From Catajapyx aquilonaris (lineage: Eukaryota): DNA of 64,000 nucleotides. How positions within the stretch are numbered: the first letter of the stretch is position 1; every line of letters starts with the position of its first letter. The translations under genes and the position numbers were made by a program. Shown here in pieces: positions 10,734 to 25,147 of the stretch. The stretch spans positions 1 to 64,000 of the forward strand of contig JYFJ02001947.1 of the NCBI GenBank assembly GCA_000934665.2. The letters are read 5' to 3'. Below the pieces are notes generated by a model. That model ran no database searches. It was not told the DNA's origin and worked only from the letters and a program-made list of their open reading frames with translations.

Positions 10734-13700
10734 TAAATGCGGGACACAGTTAACTGGACTGCATCAAAAATGACATTTATAAGGTAACTGAAAGCTAGGG
10801 AAAATATTTACGAATACTATTCTGAACATTCATTACACTCACTTGACATCAGATGCCACTAATGATATTGCTATGACAATTTAGAAGTTATACACTATAT
10901 TTTCACTGAAGCCTCCTTGACAATGCACGTCTCCCCCTGCCCTCTACGATGCAAATTCCTTCTTAATGTGAATATTTTAAAACTCTGGTGCCATAATCTG
11001 ACTGGGAAAAACTTTGTAGCTCAAATATCGGATGAGCTAACACACATCGAGACAGCTGAATAGTGACAGGATGAAATAAAAATCCAACGGTTGAAACAAA
11101 AAGTTTTCTAATCCTAATGCCCTGTGCCGCAGACAATTCATGGGGGGGGGGGATAAGGTTGTAGCAACGCAACGTGAAGAATAAATTGGGATGAACATGC
11201 TGGTCAATCTCTGGATGCAAACACTTCCTTCTGGGATTTATGGTTTAGACCCTGAAGCAGGCGTTTTGCAATATTAGTATTTTGGCAACAAACATTGCAT
11301 GCAGCCAATCAAAAATAGTAGTAACTTACTACATGTTTTGAAAATCTAATTATTAGCCTACGAATACAAATACACGCAAAAATACCCACGTGCGCCCAAA
11401 AATAAGGAGAACAACAAACATAAAAGCTAGATTTGACAAAATTAATCTTGTTATCTACAAATCTGTAGACCTAAAAAAACAACATCGCAATAATATTTGG
11501 TGGACTTCTTAGTTAGTGGGACCATTTCGGCTCTTTTGGACACTAGAGAATCACTAGTACTCAAGGTATTCATGCATTAATTGAAAGTAATGCATAAAAA
11601 GAGGTAGTAACATATAGAGTTTGCTATATTGATCACTTTACTGCCTGTACACTTAAATACTTTATCATAAGTTAACAAGTGAAAATAACCAGCATATTAA
11701 TAAAGTCACTGAACTTCCTCCAGAAAGGTGGAATATATTATTGCCAATTTTGACTTACAAATTAATTTTGCGAGTCCGGAACATAGGGCTACTGTTCGTC
11801 GACTATCAGTTAAGTCGTCCTTGTACATATTAGGCATGGCCATTTCCGTATGCGTGTTTTGGCCAACAATGCAACATGACAGTTTGCGGGTTTCATGCCT
11901 TTGAAAAATGAAAGTGAGGAGAAAATCGTGGTGGGTCTGACCATAAAATATAACACTTCACCCACTCTTGCAAGATTGCGAGTGATATAACTTGGGAAAA
12001 GGCTCACAAAAGCTCCCAATCAACTTGAAGAGTTCAACCTCCGCAATAAAAGTATTTATCTCAACTCCGGAACAAAAGCGACAGGGACTCACAAAAAATA
12101 TGAACGAGAGCAGACTTGGAACTTTGACCATCTTGATCAATACACGTGCATCTAACCGCCAAGGTAATAAAACACAATATTGGTTTTCATGCCGAGACGC
12201 TTCGGGGCTTTTGGCCCGACGTGGCAGGAGGAGTGGAACAGGAAGCTTCTCCTTTTGAAGTATTGCACAAGTTATTCAGGATGGATCAAGGCTGGCCTCG
12301 ATTCACTTTTAGGCGCCCGATTTTGGCTCCCCCAAAATGCCCTACGGGAGGAACCGAGGCCTTGACCCCGCATACTGCATCCTGAAGTATTATGTAATCG
12401 AACCTCTTCATTGTTCGTATAGAAGAAGCATAACCTCTAGGCTCAAGGAAACTATCTCAAGAACAAACTTTTTTTCCCATGCAATAGTGAATTTGCGAGA
12501 ATACTGTGAACGCCTCTTCTGATCTTCACCTGCTCAAATTCTGACAAATGCAGTACCAAATCCATTTAATTGCAATACATTGTAACATACTTCGGGTATT
12601 TTTATCGCCTCCGCCGTATAAATTATGGCATTTTCTGGCCAAATGGGATACGTAAGTACGAAATTTATGCATATTAACTTACAACACTATGCGAATAGCC
12701 ATCAATATCGAAATCACATATCCGCGGAATTGGTCCTCCAAAGAGGGATTTTTCTTTCCACAGGAAACGAGCAAAGCAGCTCCGCTATGCATTCATGCAT
12801 CGATGAATTTGTGCCATACCGACCGGTTTCCTGTCACAAGCCAAGGTCTTTTAAGGTCTGTTTGAAATCTGGAATAATTCAAGTAGTTCCATCTCTTTTC
12901 GAATAATCCCTAAGAGACTTGTGCTGGATGATGGCCCCTGAGGGAGGAGGAAGAACGCGAAAGGAGTGACTATACATGAAGCACAGCTTGCACATGTGAG
13001 AGTCTATAGTCTATAGAAAGAGCCACTTTGGATCCCAATCAATTTCGTGGTAAGAAAACAAAATATGGTCGCGGAGTAATGGCACTCAACAAACCCCTGG
13101 GAGTTCGCAGGTAAACACCACTGCACTGTATAGGCCTACTGGCCCACTCACTGCTGCTGCCAACCTACAAACCGCCTACCTTCCGCCAATGTGAAACACA
13201 ATATTAGCAATGGGATTCAAGATGACTTTCTTTCCTTCTTTTAGACTGACATGACATTGTCTGTTCTCCTTTCAGATTGGTCGACAAGACATTAACCTAA
13301 TACTGCATTAGCAAGTCATGTTTTGAAGCCTACAAAACTATAATACATAATAAGCAGTTTAGTGCCAAAATTGTGATAAATTAAACGGAGAGTTCAGTTT
13401 TTTCACTATATGCAGTAAAAATCGGTTTGGCTCGAGAAGTGCCCAATGGAAAGCTTAGTTTCACGACAAAGTGATAAATCATCCGTGAGAGATGCTGAAA
13501 AGAAAAATGGGCATTTCACAATAAGGCTTGAATTTATGAGCACCAAAAGCAAGCCGAATTTAAAATACGTAACATACAGTAATCATATTACCAAAAATTA
13601 CTCCTGCTTCCGCAGAGGTGTTTGGTATGTAAGTCATCATACATTTTCGGAAAAAATTTATGTCAATTACAAGTCAGTTTCATACGTCTGATAAGATGGC

Positions 13701-15080
13701 AAAAATAAGCGATAGCATACAGCATAGTTCATCTACTTGAAGTAACTATATGAAGGATATGCTTTAGTTTATCCTGGTTTCGGGCGACATGATTATGCGG
13801 ACTGGAAGGTAAGACGGGCTAAAACGAGCCCGAATTCTCTCTAGGCCTTGAATAATTCGGCGGGTCCGTGTCCAATCCGACTCCCTCAAGTCGTACTTTA
13901 TGAACCAACGGAGACTAGACCTTCATTTAATATCTGTTTACCTTGACGCCTAGGGAATAAACCCAAAAGGAGACGCCGACTGCTTGACAGAATTATAGGA
14001 ACTTCACAGGATTTTTTAAAATGTTAGGTCTACCTAGCTGCGATAAGGTGATTGGCGTTACGGAGTAGAGCAAAGCAGCAGTCGCTTTGGGATTTTCCAG
14101 AAATGTGACAAGCTCTGCAAGGGCAATATGTTTCAAAACATTCTGAAACACGAGCAGACCTTTTAGTACACATGGCCAAATAACATTGCGGGAAGAGGGA
14201 ACTACAGCTTACTGCAGCATTAATATTATGTTTCGAATATAACTTTCATCTGAGTTTGCTCTCCATATAATGTAGAAGGGCTCCACAATAGTGGCCCCGA
14301 AAGATCTCGGATGCGCGGGAAAAAGAGCATCAGTCAAAAAAGTTAACTTTCCAGGAAAGCAGATTATCTTAAATACTGGCTATGTGTAAAGATGACATAT
14401 CCTTGCTCGCACATTTTTTTCCTAGCCTGGTGTTAGGGCTTGACATGCAGCCTTCTGGCAGAACCAAGAGGGACTCCTTGTGAGTTTTGTGACCATAACA
14501 GGACACATACTCAATGTGCACATTTTCTGACTTATTCTCTTTTTCCCGCGCATACGATAAATATGATCCGATTTTAATCATTACAAGCAAACTCTATACG
14601 GTAGTTAACATACCGTACAGTAAATACATACCAGAGTAACTAATAAATAATTGGCCACTGATGTTCTGCGTTTTTAGGTTTAACGGCAAATACATCGCCT
14701 TATCTGTATGTCACCCACTTCGGACAACCCAACACGATAGCTGGGTGGATGAGAGCCTCAAAAGACACGCCGTTGTCATATGTAAATTTTTTTATCGGGG
14801 GAGGGGCGGGGGTTGTATTCAGATGAGGTGATGAGTGGAATCTGCCTTTAAACAGTCAAAAAATGAAAAAATACAGGTATTTTGTCTGAAATTGTTTTAC
14901 TTTTATAAGGACATCTATGGAGTTGGCACCACTGATAACAACATATCCCGACCAGTAGCGTAGGTTTGGTTTATTTACGGCGTTCCATCCCTATCTTCCC
15001 TCCCCTCCCCTCGCTCCTACAACACAACGTGGTGGAGGGGGAAGTGGGTAGTTGGGTGGTGGAGGGTAGAAGGTTATTAT

Positions 15081-15190
15081 CAGGGATGGAAAAAGAACCG
15101 CTTCCTTCCAAGAAGCGCTTCTTTTTTCCATGTGCAGGGATGGAAAAAGAACCGCTTCCTCCCAAAGAAGCGGTTCTTTTTCCATCCCTG
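15081..15190. mobile_element. 110-bp hAT mini-element made of two tandem TIR hairpins
   Basis: Starts CAGGGATGGAAAAAGAACCGC and ends GCGGTTCTTTTTCCATCCCTG. Perfect 8-bp TSD GTTATTAT (15073-15080, 15191-15198). Confidence 0.9.
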
Positions 15191-18100
15191 GTTATTATAG
15201 GTGTTTACGGGAGAGGGGATGTGTCCTCGTTGACGTCCAGCAAACGACTGAGGCATTCTTCCACCAACTGCGCATGCGTTAAATGCGTAGAACGCGGGCC
15301 AATAGGAAGTGGCCGCGGTAACAATATGCGGCCCTGACCAATCAGAAGGCATAACCATACAACGAATGATTTTAAATTTAACTTATATATAGATTGGTAT
15401 CTCACATCTACAACATTCAGATTGGACAATATACCGTACTGTATTGATCGTGAAAACATTTTAAACATATCACCTTCCATTTTCTATACTTTCAATCGTA
15501 GTGCATTTTCAAAATAGCAGTTATTTATTGCAAAAATGTTAATGCCAAAATGGTCTTAGTACTTATACTTATGTATTGATTATGTGTTGATTAACGCCAT
15601 TTATATCCAATTATTTCACTGAATTCGTTCTCATCAGAAGAGCATTTGTTCAACAGCTCACTGTCAGGTTTTTCTTCTTTGTGGTGAATGCCAGCGATTC
15701 TCATCTGACAATATCTTAAAATAATCATGCCCCTGCTTGACCCTGCAGCGCCTCTGGCTCTATCATAGTCGCCTCGAGGATGATTTCAATTAACCTAAAA
15801 GAGGTAAAAGCACCCCTTATTGCATCAGACAAATAACGAAGGAGGGTTAGTGAAGCAGCAAAAAGCAAAATGGGCATCAGGGCTGGCTACCGAAAGTGGG
15901 TCTCTGAGCGATCGAGCAAGACAAATGGCGAATCATGAAAAGAGCTCTTTTCCCGCACACTCCACTTTCTATCCTCCAGCATATAAAACATGGAAGACTG
16001 CGTATAACTATCAAGAAGCATCAAAATGCACTCCTCATCATCAGAGTCTTGTGCTAGATTTTTCATCTGAGCAGAGGCTATATGTATAGAAGAAATCGAT
16101 CAATGTCGCCATTTTTTAGAAGTTTCTGGTCACGCCTCTTGTTCTACAGTATTTGGTAGTCCAAGCGAGTCCAATCGACAATGGGGCGACACGCCAAAGA
16201 AAATAATTTATTGATTGTAGCCTTCCTTCAGGAAAGGAAACTGTAAGGCTTGGGCTAGGAACGGGCTCTTCCTGACATGCTTAAAATGGTCAAATTTCAT
16301 GGTTCTGTTGCATTACGTCAATATTTCTTTGAGGAAGCGTCGTGCTCTCAATGTCAAAGACACCTTACTACTAAGATACCGGTATCAAATGAGACTACCT
16401 CAAGGAATAAAAATAGTTCTATGCTCACTTATTAACTTACAGGATTAGCCTACTTCAGTATTTGGAAGTTAAAATCTTCCCCTTTAACGCAATAAACAAA
16501 GAGTTTTAATACCCATGACATACGTTTTTCCCTGAATGTATGTATGTAATTAGCCTGATTTTTGACACAGTCTCTATAATCAGGTCAATACATTTGGCTC
16601 TCATCTGTGCCTGCTGTGTCCTCAACAGCTGTACATGATTTTTCTCCGGGTAATAAAATGAGAGAATCGGTTTTCTTTTCGGAAATAATACGTGCGCTGC
16701 AATATATTTTTGCAGTGCTCTAAACTACATAAAAAGAATTAGCACTATATTATGCTGTATACGCTTAACAAAGTTGTATGAAATAGGCTAAATTTAAAAT
16801 TAATACAAGTAACTTTAAGCAATAAATTAGTAGGTATCCTAGTCCAAAAGAAGTTTAAATGATTGTGGTTATGAAATATCAAGATATTTTTTAGATGCTC
16901 ATGAAACGATGGAAGCAATGTGTTTATAATTTTTAGACTATACTCTTCAGCACCACGTACCACCTGTGCCCTTCGCGTAACGATTCTATGACCAAGTCAT
17001 TCGCTCAATCATTAAAAAATAATTAGGCTGAAATTAAATAACATAATTGTGTGAAGGTTCACAATCTCAAATTACCAAAATTATGCTCAGCCCTCGGGAA
17101 AACATGGTACCACGAATGATAAAAATATTTCATTTATAAAAAGTTACTTTCATCTTCTCAAAGGTCATAAATTAGAAAGTAGATGACTGCACGACGAAGG
17201 GATAAGATCATTTTTGGAGGCTCAGAGACCTGGTATGTATGGGGCGAAAAACCATTTTCTGGCCGTCATCCATTTTGCTGTCATTGGCGCCCCAACTATC
17301 ACTAAAGGGAGTTGACATCGCGGAAAAGTGCGTCTTTTATACTCCTAAAATATCCTAGTCAGCAGTTAAATTTTCTTCCGACAATCGCTTTGTACTCACA
17401 TTTTTTTTTCTAGAATGGTGTTGACTAAAAAATTTTACCTTGACATAAAGATGCCTAACAGAACCTCAGTGCAAACATTAGTATTTATATGGGTACATAT
17501 GCGACAAGAATAATAATAATAATTGACGCACATGTACTTGCTGTTAAAATATTGCAATGCCTTGCAACACTTAAGTCAAAGAACTATAATATTCCAAGTG
17601 GACATTCTACCTTGTTTTAAGATATTGCAGGAATTTGCATGATTGTTACCGAAAATGATAAAGGTCATCCTTTTATATCGAAACCCTATTTAATATTTCA
17701 AATAAAGGACTGATATTGTAAAAATGAGTGTACGAGTACATTCCCCTTTTATATGACATATTTTTCTTTAACTTCTACAGTATTTATATGGAAAAACAGA
17801 ACATATTTTAATGTTGAAACATTTGAAAAAATCTAACCAGCAAAAACGTGTGCTATAAAATGTCCATCGTCTCCTATATGTAATATAAAATTATATACAT
17901 CGCGCTGTATTTTTGAAACATTGCAAAATAAGGTTCCATACAAAATTGTTAGGTTATACTTTCCAATCCCATTCAACTTTCAATAACCCCATAATGTTTC
18001 ATGTTTCCTCCAGTAGACCCTATACAGTATATTACCAGTACCTTCCCTGCAAAGATTCCTTGGCACGTCTAAATCATTCCAGAACCGGACACCTTACTTT

Positions 18101-18331
18101 CGCAGGCAAGATCTTCAATTTGCTTAATCTCGTGTAAAATTCGATCCCCTTGATACCAAAAATAAATCAACGTAATGGATACTCTCGTAAAAAAATTCAC
18201 CCAACTTGATTGATGAGTCTCCCTTTTTTGACTACCCGCCTACCCTCTTAGTGCACTGTTCTGCAGATGGGCACTGTAAATAAGTGATACTAACCCCACT
18301 GCCCTGTTTCCCAGGAGAAATAATGACATAC

Positions 18332-18469
18332 CTGCCAGGATGTACATGACTCCGGTGATAAGAACTGCACTAATCTGATGCTTGATGATGCCGAAAGCTC
18401 CGACCACCACCGCTGCACCCAGAATGATCAGGCATACCAGGGCGCACGAAATGGAGAGGTTCTGCATCC
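18332..18469 (-). CDS. Claudin/PMP-22 superfamily protein, coding exon 3 (TM2, short loop, TM3)
   Basis: Acceptor tctcgtttcag|GGATG and donor GCAG|gtatgt. 138 nt, phase 1/1. Encodes MQNLSISCALVCLIILGAAVVVGAFGIIKHQISAVLITGVMYILA, which has two hydrophobic segments. Confidence 0.93.
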
Positions 18470-20170
18470 CTGAAACGAGATGGGGTTGGTCAAATCATGC
18501 GGTACGAATAATGGCGTAATAGGAGGAGGAATTTTACACTACGCGGTTGCTGGGAAAAGTTATCTCGGCGTCATTTTTCTCGCCTGTCTATGTAGACGAG
18601 ATGAGCCCTGGGGTGTGCTGCATCCATGATGATGTGGTCTATATACGGAACAAAGTGCGGAAGCGTTGACGCTAATGGACAAACCGTGTACACCACTATT
18701 CTTCACTTTGCTCGTGTCCAATTACAGTCTCATGTGCGCTGGGGGGCCACGTGATGTGTTGCTCAGAAGTATTGTTGGGGGAAGAAACAAAGGGGTGATA
18801 AAAGAATTTAGCCGTGTCTATATTAGGGTGTTATTTGCTTGCTTACATGACCTCACATTTTTGCAAAACAAAGGGATTTGCAGGCATGTGGTGTCATGTT
18901 ATGAAATAATATCCATTTTTTGATTCTCCAGGAGTATATATGTATAGGAGTGCTGCACTGTGTATCAGGGGTGATGGAATTCATGTATTCTTTTGTTATC
19001 GATATACTGCAGAACTTTCCCCATGCAAAATGCATGTAGACAGAGGTTACGGTTTTCTCAAAAAACAGAGGGCGACATCCTTATTTTACTTAGTACGGGG
19101 GGGATGTGAACGAAAAGGCCTTTCATTTTGGGAAGAGCGGCGGAATCAGTGACCAAGCTTAATTCAAACTTGATGAAGAGCTCTTTGTTCTCCAAGCACC
19201 CGAAAATTCAGAAACCGCATTTTGGTAATTAACAGAGCATAAAACAGCATCCCATCATGCAAAAATTCAGAACCGTCCATGAATATTATTCTTATAACTC
19301 CAATATTATACATATAAACTCTACTGCAATGTCGTCTGCTGTATACGTATACCTCCCCGAAAATGTGTCTGATTTATTTTAAAATGCGCTATGCAAATAT
19401 TTCAACCCAACATGTAGCCTACATTGCAATAACAAATATTCCTCTCGACTCTCCAGGTCAGCGACACCAATTCCCCGATACAGTTGTCACCCCACAAATA
19501 CCACACAAATCCAGTGCCACATTTCATCCAGGCTGGAGCAGGTTAACAAAATGAACGCCCAGAACAAACCTGATTTAAACGCTCCCATTTATATAGCAGT
19601 ACGAGCAAATTACCCAACCTTTGGTCCCGGAAAACCCTGACATATTGCTAGGAATTTCGGGACCTCTCTTCTCGCCGCTTCATTCCCAAAGACTCGCAGA
19701 ATTCCATCATGATCTTGGAAAATCCTCCAACCTCATCAATTTCAATTTGGACCCTGTCACTACTAAGCCCTCCCAACCAACCTGCCCTCCATCCCACCCA
19801 CTGAAATCCTGACGTGAGTTTCAACTTGAGTGAGAACAATATCAATAGATTAATGGGGGCGGGGCTCTAGAAAAATATTGATCTGCTTTTTAGCACCCTT
19901 ACATCCCACCCCCTACCCCCTACCTTCAGTTTTTTTTAAAGAATTCAGCCTTACGACGCCAAACTTTGTTGTGTTATAATAACAAGTGAAGTCGGTTTGT
20001 CTCCGTCTTGATAAATTGTTGATAAAATAACACTGGCCGAAACCGGCCTTGTCCTGACGAGTTAAATATTTTATGGTCTCGTATAGCTGAGAGCGTGACA
20101 AAAAAGCATGAAAAGAATGTTCTGTCCCTGGATGGCGCTCAAATGTACTGTCACAATTACCTACAGCGTA

Positions 20171-20498
20171 GGGAGACGGAGTGGCGCCGCGGTAACGCGC
20201 GCGCCCACGGAAGTTAAGGTCCCGGGTTCAATCCCCACCCGGGGTTCCCACCTTCTTTCGTGCAGAGTTGGGCCATCTCTGGCTTCGTTTCGGGTGGCAA
20301 TTTCCGGCAGACTAAGCCACCCGGGGGAGTTCACAAAATGACCACTACTCGCCCGCGCACACGCACTTTGCACATCCCCTCCTAACTACCTTGGAGCATA
20401 CTAATAAGATTCTTCTTAACTCGCTCCAAAAAAAATAATCCCGATGGTGGTAATCCACCCCCCATATGGAATAATAGATATGGGGTAATGCAAAAAAA
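20171..20498 (+). mobile_element. tRNA-derived SINE family A head/body with tail type 2
   Basis: A box TGGCGCCGCGG and B box GGTTCAATCCC. Perfect 16-bp TSD aattacctacagcgta (20155-20170, 20499-20514). Ends in an oligo-A. Confidence 0.92.
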
Positions 20499-23400
20499 AA
20501 TTACCTACAGCGTAATAGAGTATGATTTGCACAGCAGGTCGTGAGATTCCCTAAGCAACTTTATATAGGAAGGAAAATTAGCTGCAGTTCTTATGGAATG
20601 CTTGCCATTTTTTTACACATTTGAATCAACCTGTCCTTTAAGAAAACCCTGGCAAGTAGTATAGGCCTAAAAACAAGGCAGTCTCAGCATGAGCTGCCCA
20701 AAACTAAATGATATAGACCTGTGCATGTGACCCATTTTCCATCCTCTTACAGCCTGAGGAGGGCAGAAATGATTTTCCCAGTTCCCATTTCAAAAAAATA
20801 ATATGGAATTAGCCTTTTCACAAATCAGGTTCACCGATACGTGAACTCAATAACACTGTACCTGTACTGTACAGTACAGCCTGAATGTAACCCGAATGAG
20901 CGATTCAGAGAAGACACACCCAGTAGTGCAGAAAGTCAATATGCCGCCTTGAGGTAAGCAGTTATGATATTCAAAATGCAGTGATCGGAACAGTCGCATT
21001 TATTTTACTAATTTAAGTTTAGCAGCTGAATGCTGTAAGCAGTCAGATAAAATTAATATTTAATTTGCCTTTTAGGGCGATTAACTTAATATTCATAATA
21101 GATGCAGGTCATAATTGCATACTTATACCAGGGCGGTTATATTCTTGTTCTGTAATGGACATGACCTACAGCACTCCTCGAGGACACATTTGGTATGCAG
21201 AATAAACTTTCGTGATGTAGTTGGAGGAGGAAATAAAAAGGCGTTGGAGCAGACAATATCTTGATAATTGATGCCATCATATATTCAGGCACAATGGAAG
21301 TATCGGAAATTTTGCGTGCAGCGTCTTATCTATAGTGGTAAACCGGACGCATTGTTGATATCATTCCTGCAGACAAAAAAATTGTGGCAATGCAGTGTGA
21401 ATATTAAAGGTCGTCCAGGATCAACAAACTTAAAACTTCTTATCAATCCAGCGCCAGTATCCATTACATGGAATATATTATACTGAATTTATTATATTGG
21501 ATTGTGTCAAGGGAGCCTACTACAGTATTTCTCTTGCTGCAGCGTTATAACTCAAATAAGGAGTGGGCAATTTATTGCTTCTGTCAGGTTGGCTGTGGTT
21601 CTTAAAAAAAGAACAGATATTGGATATTGCTATATTGAAAATGAGCCATAAATTTTCACGTGAAAAAGGTGGAACACTCCTGTTATAGAATTTTCTTTTT
21701 AAAAAACCCGTAAAGGCTTCAGTAACGTGGAAGATCATGTGTGACAATATTGTAACCAAAAGGCAAAAGACAAAACATTCGGTAGGTGACTATAGTAAGT
21801 TATAGGTCAAATATTTTTAATTGCCTATTCTGGTCTCTGGTATAAGTTACACAAGCTGTGACATTAATTTTTAAAGGCGGGTCGTGAAACAATTTCAGGA
21901 TAATTTTAATATAGTATTGCTACCATACAATCTACCCGAATCTACTTGTTTTGTCCGCTAAAACTTCGATGTAAATTACATATGCTATGCATTACTATGC
22001 TGTCCACTAGTCGTGGTGCAGTTAAATCTCATTAGTTGTGCCTTTCCAACACCACACTGGGGTTGCTGATTGGATAATTGAGTCGCTTAAGCGGATACGT
22101 GTCGGCTGTTTGCACAATTTACACTGTTCCGATCTCACGTTTCTCCATAATTCACTTTCTACTGCCCGGTATATTAACAAAATATGAGTTACAATGCCCC
22201 ACACTACCCGCTATTTATGAAATAGCAACCCCCCCGACTTCTTAGGCGAGAATGTCAGATACCAGCGGCCATTACTTAAATATCGCATGATATAATGATC
22301 CCGGGGCATTCCAAACGCCGGTTGTAGTCGGAAAGCACGCATTCCTTCCTCGTAAGGTACCCCCACGTTCCCTGTAATTACTAACGTAATTAATGCCAAG
22401 GCTCCTAGGCCGCGGTAGCGGATGTGCGTCCATGTGGATCCGATCTGCTTGCAACATCCCCAAGCTACATCTAAGTTGCCCCAGCCAGGCCAATTCTCTT
22501 GGAAGAAATTTAATTTCTGGTCTAGGAGCAAAAAAACATCATCAGTCGAGGTGTAATTAGGTTCAAGTCACTTATGGTTATTGGAAATGGCTCAAGCTGT
22601 TCGCTCAAAAAAAAATCGTTGGAAGTCTTCCTTAATGAAAAAGTATGGCGCTAACATTCATATTAGTGCCATATTTTTAGGCACCACATCTTAAAAGTGG
22701 GGTTTAATTTGGGGGGGGGGGGGGGGCANTCTGAACATCGTGGGCATGCAAAATAATGGTCAGTAAGTTCAAAAGCAAGTTTCTAGATAATCCAAAGAAT
22801 GCTAGTGAATACAGAAATGTTGCCTGGCTGGCTCGTTAGTCGTTATGAATAGTCGTAACTCAAAACCGTCAAAACTGGACTTTAGACACTAACACTGAAA
22901 TCGCAGTAGTTCTTCCAGATGTCGCGAACCATTTAATTTACAAGCCTGGTATTTGAATTGACAAACATGTAGCAATAAACCCAACCGGATCCCACACATC
23001 CACTGATCTGACGTGAACAATTACATTCCGTCCTAAGTGCTGACTTGAAAAGTAAATCAGCCTCCAGGGGTTTAGCGTGTCATTCTGAGGGCCTATTTCT
23101 TTTCCCAGAGACGGCCATTATAGTCTTCTCATTTAGCCTGGAGGTATTTGGAGAAGGAAATTGCCTTCTGGCCTGGTAGCGATCCTCCGCCTCATCTCCG
23201 CTCCAGTAACGTCTCCTTCGCTACTTGAACTATGTAATCACACCCCCCATTTACGGATATCGCACGTACGTGCTTCACAAAGAAAGGCTTTGGGTCAAGG
23301 ACGTGTCGGGTGAATGGCCTGCACACAAAATGGAACAGTGTTGGGAAACTAAGTCATCAACTGAGATCTCACTTCCTTCATTTGCGCAGCAGCAGCACAA

Positions 23401-24638
23401 CTTTCCAGGAGGCACAATTTCTCCGGGGGCTGGATTTCGATTTTGGTCGGACAGTTGGGACCGCAGTGCCATGTGCTCCAAATGGCTCCACTTACGCGCA
23501 GTAAAAGTGTCACATACTTAATCTGACCTGAAATACCACCTTTCTTAGCGCAGTGTTGGTGCAATGCGAGGAAAGAATAGATTTATGCTATGATTATAGC
23601 CTAAGCTCAGAAAGAGAAGGTCAGAGAGTGAGAGGGAAGGGAAAAGCAGCCTAAAATTTTGATCTGCAGAACAGGTTACAAAATTTCACAAGATTTAAGT
23701 TTGAAACAGCCACGTTCAAATCCACTTAAATTATAGCCTACTACTGTATTTATGATAACAATCACTGTAAATAAAGCTGAATGTGCTATAGTAGGCGATG
23801 GCATAGAGCCTGCTGGTAAATGTTTTAAAATTCACTTAGGTACTACACAGTTATGCAGTTTACAGTAACAGAAAAAATACTTTGCATATCATGTGTGCCT
23901 TATTTTAGAAACCTAAACGCAGTGATGGTCAAGCCAGGGGCAAAATGCAGAATTAACTATAGCGTACTGCATGAAAATCTATGGGATATAAAAAGAAGTC
24001 TCTCTGTCATGGTTGTTCATCCACCTAGTCGCTTACAGTGCGCTTACAAGCAGCACTTGCAGTTTACATTGTGGCGCTTGTGCAAAAATCCACGGCTCTT
24101 CCCAGATTTTGCTTAAGTTTTCAATTCTGCGTAATCCTAAGTTGCGGGACGTCATGTTTCGAGCGCACTAAAACAGCATTGTTGATGTTTCCAAGCAAGA
24201 TTGAATTTTCAGCTCAGTTTGTGTTCAAAACGGTCAGTGCTCATGTAAATCACTTAGGAAATCGCTAAATTTTTGTGATATACAGTAGCCTATATTACCA
24301 CGTAGTCTTTTAACATACCCTCAGACAGGGAAGTTATAATAGCACAATACAAGGTGTAAAGTTCGCTAACCTAATCCGGAAAAAGAAAACAAGGAACCAG
24401 TCCATAAATACGTATACATTTCATTCAAAAACGTAAACAACTGAAAATGGTAATTGTTTATTTTAAATCGATAGGAAAAATCCACATTGTGTCCTTCTAT
24501 TGTTGAACGCAGGCAGTAGGCAAAGTTCATCCCTCCCTTTAAAAGATTTGAAGCAATATTTCTCTTGATGAAGCTCGGGACTCGGCAACCACAGCGTCCA
24601 GTACACATGCCTACCCACACAGACTTGCGCTCAATAAG

Positions 24639-24854
24639 CTATGGGGACGTTGAAAACTCAACTTTTCGAAGCTAGTGTAACCTAACCTAACCTAACCTAA
24701 CCTAGGCTGAGAGAAATGGACTTTCGTAAAACTTGTAAATCGAAATTGTGGGGACATGTCCCCACTATAACGGTAACTCAGTTTCTGGTGTGTGAAGATG
24801 TGGGGACCCAAAATGTCCCCACAAGAGAAATTGTGGGGACAGTAGTCCCCATAG
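24639..24854. mobile_element. Non-autonomous DNA element with an internal (TAACC)5 telomere-type repeat and repeated TGGGGAC/GTCCCCA motifs
   Basis: Terminal inverted CTATGGGGAC / GTCCCCATAG. (TAACC)5 at 24678-24702. Three internal tgtggggac...gtcccca mini-palindromes. Confidence 0.7.
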
Positions 24855-25147
24855 TTAGAGTAAAGACACACACTTCCGGTCCCACAGCTTATTGAAGACA
24901 AGAACAAGATTTTTCACCAACACCCACCTCTTCCAGTGTGGAAACCGCACAACACACAACTTCACACATATCCCTGCAATGATCTGAAATCAGGCTATAA
25001 ACGCCGACCACAAAAAAGGTGCGCTAAACCCAGAAAAGAGCCCCGGAGATAAGCAGCCAATTTCACAAATCACCTCACTACTCCGCCTAGCAATCTCTCC
25101 CTAAATGCAGCCGAAAACATACCGGAAGATAAGGATGGCCGACTTAC

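Larger units (their letters stand above)
9793..11543. mobile_element. Non-autonomous TA-flanked DNA transposon carrying nested insertions
   Basis: Imperfect TIRs of about 45 bp: gtgaactaaaggggctaaatggtcccactaagaaatccacca / tggtggacttcttagttagtgggaccatttcggctcttttggacac. TA on both sides. Confidence 0.65.

Noticed and set aside
23225..23564. Overlapping ORFs in intron 2 as an extra exon of the gene
   Set aside because: Exons 2 and 3 already join in frame with a complete family topology, and I recognise no domain in these ORFs.
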